Positions 35,816-45,712 of a DNA stretch of 64,000 nt are shown here, piece after piece. Position 1 is the first letter of the stretch. The number at the start of each line of letters is the position of its first letter. The notes under the pieces were generated by a model. The model did not search any database, was not told the DNA's origin, and saw only the letters and a program-made list of their open reading frames with translations. The translations under genes were made by a program, and so were the position numbers. Source of the DNA: Vicinamibacteria bacterium (GTDB lineage Bacteria; Acidobacteriota; Vicinamibacteria; Vicinamibacterales; JAENWD01). The DNA lies in NCBI GenBank assembly GCA_963800785.1, contig CAWDCH010000019.1:4790-68789 (forward strand), in the 5' to 3' direction.

Positions 35816-35844
35816 TTGACGTTATAGCGCTTTAGCGTTATTAT
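35816..35844 (+). promoter_or_regulatory. near-consensus promoter overlapping the recombinase start
   Basis: TTGACG (35816-35821), a 17-nt spacer, then TATTAT (35839-35844). The -10 hexamer overlaps ATG 35843, so in-frame GTG 35852 may be a leaderless start. Confidence 0.35.
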
Positions 35845-36487
35845 GGACGGCGTGCGAGCTGCTCTGTACGCGCGAGTGTCAACACTTGATCAACACCCTG
35901 AGAACCAACTTGATGAGCTGCGTCGGTACGCTGAGCACCGAGGTTGGTCGGCTGAACCGTTTGTGGACCACGGTATTTCTGGCACGAAGGAGTCACGACC
36001 CGAGTTGAACCGGCTGCTCGCGCGCGCCAGACGCCGCCAGATCGACGTCGTTGTGTGCTGGCGGTTGGATCGTCTCGGACGGAATCTCAAACACCTGATC
36101 ACGGTTCTCGACGAGTTTCAGAGCCTCGGGGTGGCCTTCGTCTCGCTCGGCGAGGGGATCGACGCGACGACGCCTGCCGGAAAGCTCCAGCTCCACATTC
36201 TGGGCGCTATCGCGGAATTCGAGCGTGGGCGCATAGTCGAGCGAGTCAAGGCAGGTTTAGCGCGCGCCCGTGCGAACGGGCGAAAACTGGGCCGACCAAG
36301 GGGAGCCGTTCCTTTCCATCGTCTTGTTCCGGTGGCTCATCTGTCGAACGCCGAAGCCGCTCGTTCGCTTGGGGTGTCACTGGCCACGCTGAAGCGATGG
36401 AGGAAGGCTCAGAAAACCCCCTCAGAAACGCCCTCACCTTCGCCCGAAATCACGAAGGATTCCGCGACGCCGGACCTCGCGGCGTGA
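35843..36487 (+). CDS. small serine recombinase (resolvase/invertase family)
   Basis: AALYARVSTLDQHPENQLDEL (catalytic Ser), VVVCWRLDRLGRNLKHLI, EFERGRIVERVKAGLARARANGRKLGRPRG, and a C-terminal HTH (AEAARSLGVSLATLKRW). Confidence 0.9.
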   Translation: MDGVRAALYARVSTLDQHPENQLDELRRYAEHRGWSAEPFVDHGISGTKESRPELNRLLARARRRQIDVVVCWRLDRLGRNLKHLITVLDEFQSLGVAFVSLGEGIDATTPAGKLQLHILGAIAEFERGRIVERVKAGLARARANGRKLGRPRGAVPFHRLVPVAHLSNAEAARSLGVSLATLKRWRKAQKTPSETPSPSPEITKDSATPDLAA

Positions 36488-36532
36488 GGCTCAGGAATCA
36501 GTCCTTTTTGGATCACACGACACACGTCGGGC

Positions 36533-36751
36533 ATGGGTAGATCAACCAAGGGAAAGAGGGTGACCGTAGGACCCAGAGGTGGTGCTACCACCGTGACGGA
36601 CGCGGGACTTGTCCGGAAGACCGTCTACTTCGATCCGGATGAATGGAAGGCGATCCGTCGAGAGGGGTTGGAGCAGGATTTGTCGTCCACTGAGATTGTG
36701 CGTCGTGCGGTCCGCAGGGCCCTTGGAATGCGAGAACCAGATCAAGGCTGA
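36533..36751 (+). CDS. ribbon-helix-helix (CopG-like) protein
   Basis: LVRKTVYFDPDEWKAIRREGLEQDLSSTEIVRRAVRRAL has a beta-strand followed by two helices, typical of RHH. Confidence 0.55.
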   Translation: MGRSTKGKRVTVGPRGGATTVTDAGLVRKTVYFDPDEWKAIRREGLEQDLSSTEIVRRAVRRALGMREPDQG

Positions 36752-37020
36752 CGGGCCAACTTGGGGAACGAGGAGCGTGATGGTAGAGGTCCGACCACTG
36801 GACTACACGAAGAGAAAATGCGCACGATCGCGGTGCTGCGCCTCGCACTTGACGGCAGGATCGTCATGCAAGGAAAGGTTCCGGAGAGTATTGAAGAAGA
36901 CTTGGCGCACCTGAGTCATCACGTGGAGTCAGGGCGGGAATTCCTGTGTCGCTTGCCGCGCGAGTCTTCAGCGTGTACTTGCGACCGAGCTGCGAGACCA
37001 GACGGTTTTCGGGCCAATCA

Positions 37021-37100
37021 CCAGGCGCTGCTAAACGATCGCGGAACATGGGTCAGGCCCACCGCAGGTCCCTGTGAAAATTCCCGGCAAAACTGACCTC
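37021..37100 (+). repeat. IS3-like orfA-5' relic, copy B
   Basis: CCAGGCGCTGCTAAACGATCGCGGAACATGGGTCAGGCCCACCGCAGGTCCCTGTGAAAATTCCCGGCAAAACTGA aligns with copy C. Confidence 0.55.
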
Positions 37101-37233
37101 GACGGCCTAACTAGTCCCCTGCTGAGGTTGCGAGTTGAGCCACCCGGCGCGCCATTGTTTTCAGCCTTCGACGATTGAGTCGCGAATCGAGTCCTTTGCC
37201 GCAGCCGCGCCGTTATAATCCGCCCGGCTGCCA

Positions 37234-39957
37234 ATGCCCGTGGGTCCCGGCGCTCGCCTGGATGCGTATGAGATCGTCGCCCCGCTCGGCACCGGAGGCA
37301 TGGGCGAAGTCTGGCTCGCGAAAGACCTGAGCCTACAGCGTAATGTCGCACTCAAGCTCTTACCGGCTGACCTGACCCGCGATTCCGCTCGCGTCGCCCG
37401 CTTCCGGCAGGAGGCTCGTGCCGCCTCCGCTCTCAATCATCCGAACGTCTGCACCATCCACGCGCTCGGGGAGACGCCTGACGGCCAGCAATTCATCGCC
37501 ATGGAGTGCGTGGAGGGCGAGACGCTGCGACAGAGGGTGGCTGGGCGGCACGTCACGGTGCGCGAGGCCCTCGACATTGCCCTCCAGGTCGCGACCGCGC
37601 TGAGCGCGGCGCACGCAGCGGGCATCGTCCACCGGGACATCAAGCCCGAAAACGTCATGCTCCGACCGGACGGGTTCGTGAAGGTGTTGGACTTCGGGCT
37701 AGCCAAGCTGGTGTCCGCCAGCGACGCACTGGAGCCGCAGTCCACGCGCACCGGGTTCAAGACGAACGCCGGGCATGTGGTCGGCACGATCGCGTACATG
37801 TCGCCGGAGCAGGCGCGCGCGCAGGAGATAGATGGCCGTACCGACATTTGGTCGCTGGGCGTCCTGCTCTTCGAGATGGTGGCGGGTCGCCACCCTTTCG
37901 CTGGGAAGAGTAGCAGCGATGTGCTCGCCGCGATTCTCGATCGCGAGCCCGCACCGCTGGCGCGGTTCGAGCCAGATGTGCCGACAGAACTCCAGCGCAT
38001 CGTCAGCAAGACGCTTCGTAAGGACCGAACGCAACGCTATCAGACGATGCAGGACCTGCTGCTGGATCTGCGCGCGCTCCGTGACGAACTACAAGGGCAA
38101 GTGCGCTCTGGCAGCTCGCCCGTCGTGCAGCGCGGGGAATCGGGGCCAGACAGCGACGCCCCGTTGACCTCGGTCCCGGCGTCCAGAGCCACACGTCGCC
38201 GCGCCTTGGCTATGGGCAGCCTCGCGATGGCCCTCGCGATGGTAGCGGCGGGTGCTGTCTGGTGGTGGGTGCATAGGGCAGCACTCCACGAGCACGGGAG
38301 CGGCACACGGTATCGAATCGGCCGGATGACTCGCTTGACCACCGAAGGGCATGCACACATGGCGGCGATTTCTGGCGACGGCCGCTACGTCGTACATGTC
38401 AAGACGGTGAACGGGACGCCGAGTCTGTGGGTACGACAGACAGCCACCGCGAGCGACGTACAGATTGTCCCCCCTTCGGGTGTCGAGTACATCGGAGTCG
38501 CCTTTTCGCGCGATGCGAATCACATCTACTACGTCACCAAAGAAAGTGGCGGTGGCTTATGGGGAACCCTTTTCAAAGTGCCCGTTCTGGGCGGGAGGCC
38601 CCAGCGCCTCATCCATGACATCGACAGCGGCATCGGGTTTGCGCCGGATGGATCACACTTCGTTTTCGCACGCCACGTACTGGCAAAGGATCACACTGAG
38701 TCCCACCTGATGCTCTCAGACATTGAAGGCAGAGCCATTCGTCCGCTCGCCTCATTTCGGGATGGGCGTTTATTCATGAGACATCCGGCGTCGTGGTCTC
38801 CGGATGGCAAACGGGTCTTAGCGGCGATCATCGTGGGTGGACACGCCGAGCTGCGATTGATCGACACTCACAGTGGAGCTGAAAAGGGGGTAGCGGGGTC
38901 ATGGGCCGTTATCTCCGCCGCGCAGTGGATGCCGGACGGCCAATCGATCCTACTCTCCGGAACGGAAGTGAATGGGCAGCCGTTGCAAATTTGGCAAGCG
39001 TTTCCAGAGTCAGGCAAGCGCACTCCGGTGACAAATGATCTGGCGACCTATGCGGGTCTGAGCCTGTCGAGCGATGGCACGATGTTGGTGACGGTGCAGT
39101 ATGAGATCACATCCCGCATCTCGCTGGTGACTGACGGTGCGGCTAGCGACCTGACGTTTGGGCGAACTGCCGATGGTGCCTTTGGCCTAACGTGGCTGGC
39201 TGACGGGCGCGTGCTTTTCGGGTCCACCCGGTCCGGTCCAGCAGAGATCTGGGCCGTCAATCGGGATGGGAGCGGTTTGGTCCCTCTCGCGCCGGGTGTC
39301 GAGAACGTAGGTTCAGTCGCCGCCAGCCATGACGGGCGTTATGTCTTCTGCGCGCGTACGGAGGCTCGGGCAAGCCGCATCTGGAGGGTGGACGTTGTGA
39401 GTGGAGATGCAAAGCCCATCACTTCCGGGCCGGAGGACTCTGGCCCCGTCATGAGCACGGATGGCCAGGAAATCTATTTCAATACACTCGCGAATGGGAT
39501 AACACGCACCTTCCGGGTTCCGGCAAACGGCGGTGTGCCCGCCGCTGTGGGGAACGGACAACCGTTCTGGCTGTCAGACATTCTGCCAGACGGGCGACTG
39601 CTCGGCGGCATGGCTGTTCAGCAGGATGATGGAACCATTGGAGGCACGTTCGCACTGCTGTCTCCGAACACCGGTGCTGTCGAACGGATTCGCGGAATTC
39701 CGCTGTCACCACATCCGTTTATCCCTGACGTGTCGCTGCGTGTCGCGGGCTTGCCGGACGGGACTGGAATCGCGTTCGTTGACACAAGGGACTCTGTACC
39801 CAATATATGGCGTAAGCCCATCAAAGGCGGTCCCGCACAGCGGGTGACGAACTTCACATCGGAGGCAATCTTCGACTTCGCGTGGTCGAAAGACGGGAAG
39901 CTCGCGGTTACGCGGGGCCGAGTTCAAGACGATCTGGTCCTGATCGCGAGGGAGTAG
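37234..39957 (+). CDS. Ser/Thr protein kinase with TM segment and C-terminal TolB/PD40-like beta-propeller
   Basis: Kinase motifs: LGTGGMGEVWLAKD, VALKLL, HRDIKPENVM, DFGLAK, GTIAYMSPEQ. TM helix LAMGSLAMALAMVAAGAVWWWV. The C-terminal region has repeated SPDG/APDG blades. Confidence 0.9.
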   Translation: MPVGPGARLDAYEIVAPLGTGGMGEVWLAKDLSLQRNVALKLLPADLTRDSARVARFRQEARAASALNHPNVCTIHALGETPDGQQFIAMECVEGETLRQRVAGRHVTVREALDIALQVATALSAAHAAGIVHRDIKPENVMLRPDGFVKVLDFGLAKLVSASDALEPQSTRTGFKTNAGHVVGTIAYMSPEQARAQEIDGRTDIWSLGVLLFEMVAGRHPFAGKSSSDVLAAILDREPAPLARFEPDVPTELQRIVSKTLRKDRTQRYQTMQDLLLDLRALRDELQGQVRSGSSPVVQRGESGPDSDAPLTSVPASRATRRRALAMGSLAMALAMVAAGAVWWWVHRAALHEHGSGTRYRIGRMTRLTTEGHAHMAAISGDGRYVVHVKTVNGTPSLWVRQTATASDVQIVPPSGVEYIGVAFSRDANHIYYVTKESGGGLWGTLFKVPVLGGRPQRLIHDIDSGIGFAPDGSHFVFARHVLAKDHTESHLMLSDIEGRAIRPLASFRDGRLFMRHPASWSPDGKRVLAAIIVGGHAELRLIDTHSGAEKGVAGSWAVISAAQWMPDGQSILLSGTEVNGQPLQIWQAFPESGKRTPVTNDLATYAGLSLSSDGTMLVTVQYEITSRISLVTDGAASDLTFGRTADGAFGLTWLADGRVLFGSTRSGPAEIWAVNRDGSGLVPLAPGVENVGSVAASHDGRYVFCARTEARASRIWRVDVVSGDAKPITSGPEDSGPVMSTDGQEIYFNTLANGITRTFRVPANGGVPAAVGNGQPFWLSDILPDGRLLGGMAVQQDDGTIGGTFALLSPNTGAVERIRGIPLSPHPFIPDVSLRVAGLPDGTGIAFVDTRDSVPNIWRKPIKGGPAQRVTNFTSEAIFDFAWSKDGKLAVTRGRVQDDLVLIARE

Positions 39958-40031
39958 TCGCAGGCTCCGCTACGATTTTTCCGAAGTGACCTGCAGCATT
40001 TGGATGCTCGACAACGTCGGATCGACAAGTG

Positions 40032-42677
40032 ATGGCACTCTCCACTGGCGTCAGACTCGGCCCCTACGAAATCGTGAGTCACGCCGGATCAGGCGGTATG
40101 GGCGAAGTCTACAAGGCCCGCGACACACGCCTGGACCGCACGGTCGCCATCAAGATACTCCCAAGCGACATCTCTGCTGACGCCGAGCGCCGTGCACGAT
40201 TTGAACGCGAAGCGAAGGCGATTGCCGCGTTGAGCCATCCGCGCATTTGCGCGCTCTACGACGTCGGTGTGCAGGATGGTGCCACGTACCTGGTCATGGA
40301 ACATCTGGCGGGTGAGACGCTGGCCGAGCGCCTACGGAAAGGACCATTGCCGCTCGCCAGTGCGCTGGACATCGCTGCCCAAGTCGCCGATGCGTTAGCC
40401 GCAGCGCACCGCGCGGGGATTGTGCATCGTGATCTGAAACCCGCCAATGTCATGCTGACAAAGAGTGGAGCCAAGCTGCTTGACTTCGGCTTGGCGAGGA
40501 CGATCCCGCTGGGCGTCACTGGCGACCAGACCCACATGGCAACCGAGGAACCGCTCACGAGCACGGGGACCATTCTCGGCACGTTGCACTACATGGCACC
40601 TGAACAGGTGGAGGGAGCGACGGCCGATGCACGGACTGATGTGTTTGCGTTCGGAGCGGTGCTCTACGAGATGCTGACAGGAAAGCGAGCGTTTGATGGG
40701 GGGAGTTCAGCATCTGTCATTGGCCAAATTCTGCACGCGCAGCCGTCTTGGATGCCCAGCGTGCGTTCACCAATCTCTGCGCTGATTCGGGCGACCGTTG
40801 AGCGATGTCTCGCGAAAGATCCAGACGCACGGTGGCAGAGCATCGCCGATGTCGCCGCGACGCTTCAGCTTGCGGCTGGACCCGATGATCGACCTACCCA
40901 CGACACTCGACCGATAGTCCGGCGCTCTGCATTTGTGGCAGCAGCCGCCGCCCTGATGCTTGCCGCCGCTGTGCTGTGGCCATGGGTCCGGCAGCGCACG
41001 ACTCCGCGAATACCGCCGATGGAACTCTCGGTTGTGCCGCCAGTCGGCACGACACTGCCCGATCTGCGCTCCAATCTCACCGTCAATTACATAGGATCTG
41101 AGGCCATCTCACCTGATGGTTCAAAGCTCGCCTTTGTCGCGTTTTCTGCGAAGGGCGACCCTGAGCTCTGGGTGCGCGATCTCTCGTCAGGCAACGCGAT
41201 CGTTGTGGCCGACACCTCGACCCTCCAGAAGCCGTTTTGGTCTCCTGACAGTCGCTCACTGGCGTACAGTGCGGTGGACGGCATGTATCGTCTCGATCTC
41301 GGCCAGGGGCGGCCTCGCCGCATCACCACTCCCGGCGGCCGAGGAACGTGGAGTGTCAATGGCACCATCATCTTCGACAAGTTTGGGATAGATACCCTGC
41401 TTCGAGTGGACGCGAGGGGTGGCGTAGCGACGCCGATCACGCGCCTGGAGCGCAATGGGCTCTCTCATGAGACGGCACACTTCCTCCCCGACGGCAACCA
41501 CTTCCTCTATACAGCGTTCATCCGGGGAGCCGGGCCGAGAATTGTCCTCGGATCGCTCGACGGTTCTCTAGCGCAAACGGTCGTGGAGCGCGCGGAGAAC
41601 CCCATTTATTCAGCGGGACACTTGCTGTTTCTGCGATCATCCACCCTGATGGCACAGCCCTTTGATCCTGTGCGCTTCACCACTAGCGGCGAGCCTCGAA
41701 CGATTGCATCGAACGTACTCAGCATGGGCGGCGGTCTCTCGACCTCGAATACGGGTGTCGTGGCGTATAGACCACGGCCGTCCGAACTGCATCAAGCATG
41801 GTGGTTCGATACCAGAGGGCAGCGCCTTGCACGTGTCGGTGTCGCACAGCCTTACCAGGATCAGTTTGTGTCACTCTCTCCGGACAACAAGCGCCTTGTC
41901 TACGGTGCCTATGCCTCGGACGTGAGTCGCGAGACTGATATCTGGATGCTGGACCTGGAGTACGACAGTGTGGCGCGGATAACGTCCGATCCCGGAGATG
42001 AGATCTTCCCCGCCTGGGCCCCTGACGGTCGGTCGATTGCTTACGTCTCCGATCGCGATCATGTGACCACCATCTGGCGCAGAGACTTAGAGTCGGGTAC
42101 CCAAGAGGTGCTCCGGAAGGTCAACGATTATAAAATCTACACTTACCAATGGTCGCCAGACGGCCGGTTCGTCATTTTTCACGAACCGGTCCCTAACTCG
42201 GGCAAATTCCTCCTGTCCTCAGTATCAGTCACGCAACCGGGACCACCCCGGCGTGTAACGACCAGTCAACTGAGAATGCAAGCGTATGCGACCGTGTCTC
42301 CAGACTCGCGCTGGACCGCTTATTTGGCCGAAGAGGGTATTGAAGGCTTAGCGTTATATCTTGAACCCTTCCCGCCAACAGGTCAGATCCAGCGCATCGC
42401 GCCTAAAGCAACCTTCGTCCAGTGGGGACGCAATGCCGCCGAGCTGTTTTTTAGCGCCGACCGCAAGATGTATCGCGTGCGGCCCGTGGCGTCGGCAGCG
42501 GCCGAAGCGCCGCAATTTCTCTTTGAAGTGGATTTCGAGCTCAACACGTTCAACGTAGCCAAGGACGCTGACCGCTTCTTGCTCTTGGTGCCGCTAGAGG
42601 GTGTGCAATCGGGCAGGATCAACCTGATCACCGACTGGCCGGAGCGCCTCAGCGGCGCTCAGCAGGCACACCCCTGA
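40032..42677 (+). CDS. Ser/Thr protein kinase with TM segment and C-terminal TolB/PD40-like beta-propeller (paralogue)
   Basis: AGSGGMGEVYKARD, VAIKIL, HRDLKPANVM, DFGLAR, GTLHYMAPEQ, a TM helix, then repeated SPDG/LPDGN/APDGR blades. Confidence 0.9.
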   Translation: MALSTGVRLGPYEIVSHAGSGGMGEVYKARDTRLDRTVAIKILPSDISADAERRARFEREAKAIAALSHPRICALYDVGVQDGATYLVMEHLAGETLAERLRKGPLPLASALDIAAQVADALAAAHRAGIVHRDLKPANVMLTKSGAKLLDFGLARTIPLGVTGDQTHMATEEPLTSTGTILGTLHYMAPEQVEGATADARTDVFAFGAVLYEMLTGKRAFDGGSSASVIGQILHAQPSWMPSVRSPISALIRATVERCLAKDPDARWQSIADVAATLQLAAGPDDRPTHDTRPIVRRSAFVAAAAALMLAAAVLWPWVRQRTTPRIPPMELSVVPPVGTTLPDLRSNLTVNYIGSEAISPDGSKLAFVAFSAKGDPELWVRDLSSGNAIVVADTSTLQKPFWSPDSRSLAYSAVDGMYRLDLGQGRPRRITTPGGRGTWSVNGTIIFDKFGIDTLLRVDARGGVATPITRLERNGLSHETAHFLPDGNHFLYTAFIRGAGPRIVLGSLDGSLAQTVVERAENPIYSAGHLLFLRSSTLMAQPFDPVRFTTSGEPRTIASNVLSMGGGLSTSNTGVVAYRPRPSELHQAWWFDTRGQRLARVGVAQPYQDQFVSLSPDNKRLVYGAYASDVSRETDIWMLDLEYDSVARITSDPGDEIFPAWAPDGRSIAYVSDRDHVTTIWRRDLESGTQEVLRKVNDYKIYTYQWSPDGRFVIFHEPVPNSGKFLLSSVSVTQPGPPRRVTTSQLRMQAYATVSPDSRWTAYLAEEGIEGLALYLEPFPPTGQIQRIAPKATFVQWGRNAAELFFSADRKMYRVRPVASAAAEAPQFLFEVDFELNTFNVAKDADRFLLLVPLEGVQSGRINLITDWPERLSGAQQAHP

Positions 42678-42905
42678 ACGGCCTACCCGCGCGGCGATCT
42701 GGTGCCGCCCGAGCCGACGATACGCAACCCTCAGCCAATCGCGTCATTCCGCGCAACGATCTGCGCCAGCTAGCTCGCATTCAGAGATCGCACTAGCGTG
42801 CCAGGTTGCGGAGCATCCGGTCGGGCCTTCGTCGGTAAACCGTAGGACATCAGGACGCAGTTGCACCTGTGCCCCGCCGTGCACGCCTAGAGCGAACACA
42901 CCGTG

Positions 42906-42988
42906 CCAGGCGCTGCTAAACAAGCGGCGCTCATCGATGTGGCCGCCCGCAAGTGTCTGCGAAAATTTTCTGGCTCAAAGATTATTCC
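42906..42988 (+). repeat. IS3-like orfA-5' relic, copy C
   Basis: CCAGGCGCTGCTAAACAAGCGGCGCTCATCGATGTGGCCGCCCGCAAGTGTCTGCGAAAATTTTCTGGCTCAAAGATT. Confidence 0.6.
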
Positions 42989-43145
42989 TGACGGCACCGG
43001 CCATCAGCTTAGCCAGACGTCGTACCCAGCCGCCGTGAACGTCTCACTCGTCGCTGCGATAACGATCCGCATCACGCCGGCAGCGACAGACTGCTGACTC
43101 TGGCTCTGGAGCGTTTGCGGGGGACCGCCCGCCTGCGCTCGCTGC

Positions 43146-43514
43146 TTACTTCTTTATCTGACTCTGCAGGTTCTTCTGGACGACGGTCACCTGGGAAGCG
43201 TGCATCTTCCCCTCCATCTCGTGGTACGTCACCTTGACCAGGTCGTCGGTGGCGACACCATCCGTGATGGTGAGCGGCTCGTTTTTCGCCTTCTTCTCAC
43301 TTGCCATCGTCCCGATGCCTTTGCCCGTCAGCTTGGTGGCCGAGTCCACGGCAAAGGTCATGGTGTCTGCACCGTGCGAGATCGTGAGGGAATCGTTTGT
43401 GACTGCTGTAACTTTCCCCTGCACCGTCGTGGTCTTCGGGTTCTGCGCCGCTAGCGCGACGCCAACCACCCCGCTCAGGAGCAACGTGACGCCAAGTCGG
43501 ACCATCCTCTTCAT
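43146..43514 (-). CDS. small secreted beta-rich protein
   Basis: Signal peptide MKRMVRLGVTLLLSGVVGVALA, then VQGKVTAVTNDSLTISHGADTMTFAV...LVKVTYHEMEGKMHASQVTVV. Confidence 0.65.
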   Translation of the reverse strand: MKRMVRLGVTLLLSGVVGVALAAQNPKTTTVQGKVTAVTNDSLTISHGADTMTFAVDSATKLTGKGIGTMASEKKAKNEPLTITDGVATDDLVKVTYHEMEGKMHASQVTVVQKNLQSQIKK

Positions 43515-43631
43515 GGCAGCCTCCTATTGATGACGCCTTGATGACGCCGCACCGTTGGCCGGAAAGCGCTCCGAGAGTAGGCCTGTGCGGGGGCGCGGTC
43601 AAGCCCGCCTTCCCCCGACTCGACTGTGGCC

Positions 43632-43830
43632 TGACGTTCTGGCCGAAAACGACGGCATCCAAAAACTAGAGAAAACTTGCGGCTTCGGACGGCACAGGAG
43701 CGGACCATGAAGAAGTCGAAGTTCACCGACGAGCAGATCGCCGACGCCCTCCGCCAGGTCGAAAACAGAAGCGTTGCTGACGCGTTGCTCGATTCGAGGA
43801 TTTGCCATTGGCGGTTTACGGGCGGGCTGG
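43632..43830 (+). mobile_element. IS3-like left end (IRL-like) plus degenerate orfA 5' part, copy D
   Basis: TGACGTTCTGGCCGAAAACGACGGCATCCAAAAACTAGAG aligns with the copy E terminus. ATG 43707 gives MKKSKFTDEQIADALRQVEN..., the usual IS3 OrfA N-terminus, then degenerates. Confidence 0.6.
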
Positions 43831-44157
43831 ACGAGCAAGGACGAGCTGTGTGCGCCGTTACTTCACCAAACGCGGAACGCCCGCTCCGCCCTGGTCAATG
43901 CCAACACGGCAAGGTCGTGCGCATTAACGCTCGGATTGCCTGTAACGGGAATGGCCGCTTGGTGCTTCCATGCGAAAGGATGTGCAATGACGTCTTTCTC
44001 GCGGCGAGCAGGCCCCTAAAACCTGACCGGACGTATCTGATCGAAGACGGGCGAGTCCCGTCGAGACACGCGCACGCACTTCCGCGACCTCCGCGCACGA
44101 CACTTCAGCAGTATTCTGCAATCCCCAACGCGACGGCTCCTCGGCTCCGAGTGAGCC

Positions 44158-44337
44158 ATGTCAAACAATCATGCCGATGGGATGGGCGTTCCGATGGAAC
44201 GTGTCTGTCCGAACTGTCAGCACGCGGAAGCAAAAACGACGCTTCGCACCACGTGGGCCCTGCTGTATGTGCAGTGCCTTCGCTGTGGGCATGTGTGGGC
44301 CGTCCCGCAACCGATCCCACCGTTGACGGGGAGCTAA
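44158..44337 (+). CDS. small Zn-ribbon protein (59 aa), family member 1
   Basis: MSNNHADGMGVPMERVCPNCQHAEAKTTLRTTWALLYVQCLRCGHVWAVPQPIPPLTGS. Below the 60-aa ORF-track cutoff, so read directly from the DNA. Confidence 0.45.
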   Translation: MSNNHADGMGVPMERVCPNCQHAEAKTTLRTTWALLYVQCLRCGHVWAVPQPIPPLTGS

Positions 44338-44444
44338 CGTGCTCGATGAAGAGACGGCTTGTCGGCGGTGCGGTGGGAACGTCAGCGAATCGCACGAGAC
44401 GGTGCCGTATATCGGCCCAGGCCCTTGCGTCGTGGAGTTGCGGA

Positions 44445-44633
44445 ATGTCGCTCGTGCGGCGATGTGTCACATGTGGGCAGATGGGTATCGAGGTGCCAGA
44501 TGCCTCGGCCCTGGACGTGTTGGTGCAATGCCTGCGGGCTGGACGAACCAACGCCATGCTCCAACTTGTGTATAAGCGGGGACGGTGGCGCGTCTCCGGC
44601 ATGAAACGCGGTCATCGGCGAGGTTCGCAGTGA
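44445..44633 (+). CDS. small Zn-ribbon-like protein, family member 2 (second CxxC degenerate)
   Basis: MSLVRRCVTCGQMGIEVPDASALDVLVQCLRAGRTNAMLQLVYKRGRWRV... Confidence 0.35.
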   Translation: MSLVRRCVTCGQMGIEVPDASALDVLVQCLRAGRTNAMLQLVYKRGRWRVSGMKRGHRRGSQ

Positions 44634-44682
44634 CTGCTGGCTTCCAGGACCGTCGTGAGCGTGAGCAACGAAGCCGTGCCAC

Positions 44683-44907
44683 CTACGATGCACGCTTCAT
44701 ATTCGCGCGCGAGATGGCCTCCTCCAGCGCCTGCACAACGGACTTCGCCACAGCAGGTTGGAGTAGGCAGGCCCGCGCACCGCTAGTGGTATCGCCCACA
44801 ACGGTGAGACCGATCACCACCGACCCGTCGCGTTCTCCGACATCGAGGGTGACCTTCTCTCCGCCGCGATACCCATCGCCCAGCACCTCGAACAGGAGGT
44901 CCATCAT
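44683..44907 (-). CDS. hypothetical small protein
   Basis: MMDLLFEVLGDGYRGGEKVTLDVGERDGSVVIGLTVVGDTTSG... ATG 44907 follows GAGAAAGG. Confidence 0.4.
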   Translation of the reverse strand: MMDLLFEVLGDGYRGGEKVTLDVGERDGSVVIGLTVVGDTTSGARACLLQPAVAKSVVQALEEAISRANMKRAS

Positions 44908-45184
44908 CTCGATTTGCCTTTCTCGCAGTGCAGGCCGGTGACGCATCCGGCCGGTGTTGTGGGGGGATGTCGCGGGGGACTCCAACGCTATGCCGCGATG
45001 ACGACCATGTCAAGGATCGGGCAGTGGCAGTTTTTGAAAATCTGGGCCGAAGACAGCTGCCTGCGGCCGCTGGCGAGGCAGGGTCGTCCTTATGTCATGG
45101 ACCAATTTGGCGGTGATTCCGCGCTTCGCTATTTTTGACGTCCCCGGACCGATCGAACAATCCATCAACTCACACTCCCGCGTT

Positions 45185-45361
45185 ATGGCCGAAGATTACC
45201 CAGACCCTGGTATTGCGGTGAACTGTCCGAAGTGCGGCACCCCGCTGCGCTATCTCGCAACCAAGCCGGAAACGGGGGTGTATATCTATGTCTGCGACCA
45301 GGATGGGTTGTTCGTCCTCACTAGAGACAATCCCGTGCCGATGCCGCTACCGAAGACGTGA
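45185..45361 (+). CDS. small Zn-ribbon-like protein, family member 3
   Basis: MAEDYPDPGIAVNCPKCGTPLRYLATKPETGVYIYVCDQDGLFVLTRD... Confidence 0.4.
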   Translation: MAEDYPDPGIAVNCPKCGTPLRYLATKPETGVYIYVCDQDGLFVLTRDNPVPMPLPKT

Positions 45362-45478
45362 GGCGGCGGATGTGTCAGGGAGCCGACAGTCTGCGCTAAA
45401 AAAACTGATATAACTCGTGATCCCCCCACAATTCACTCCTCGAAGACTCCCCACCATTCGGCCCTGGAAGGCGGCTCG

Positions 45479-45682
45479 GTGGCCGAGCACGACGCCCCGC
45501 TAGAAGCCGACCTCGTCATCGAGGGCGATCCTGAGCGATACGTTCCTGCCTGTCCGGTCTGTCAGCAGCCTGGGCGCGAGCGTGGCGCTGGCATCGCGGA
45601 TCGTCAGTTCATTTGCGCGCAGTGCGGCACGCGCTGGATCGTGCGCCGGAATCGCTTGAACCCGATGGCTGGGTTTGGGTAG
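45479..45682 (+). CDS. small Zn-ribbon protein, family member 4
   Basis: ...YVPACPVCQQPGRERGAGIADRQFICAQCGTRWIVRRN (CPxC...CxxCGxxW). Confidence 0.45.
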   Translation: MAEHDAPLEADLVIEGDPERYVPACPVCQQPGRERGAGIADRQFICAQCGTRWIVRRNRLNPMAGFG

Positions 45683-45712
45683 CTAGCTTCTACAACCACC
45701 TCAAGGTATTTC

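Noticed and set aside
37234-42677. The tandem Ser/Thr kinase-propeller genes as a defence or novel system
   Set aside because: This kinase/TolB-like architecture is, as I recall, a very common expanded paralogue family in Acidobacteria-like genomes. Nothing in the sequence sets these two apart beyond their position between IS relics.
43677-44633. 318-aa plus-strand ORF
   Set aside because: It is a chimera. It begins as the degenerate IS3 OrfA N-terminus, then gives featureless translation. Small Zn-ribbon ORFs with their own starts occupy other frames or positions within it.
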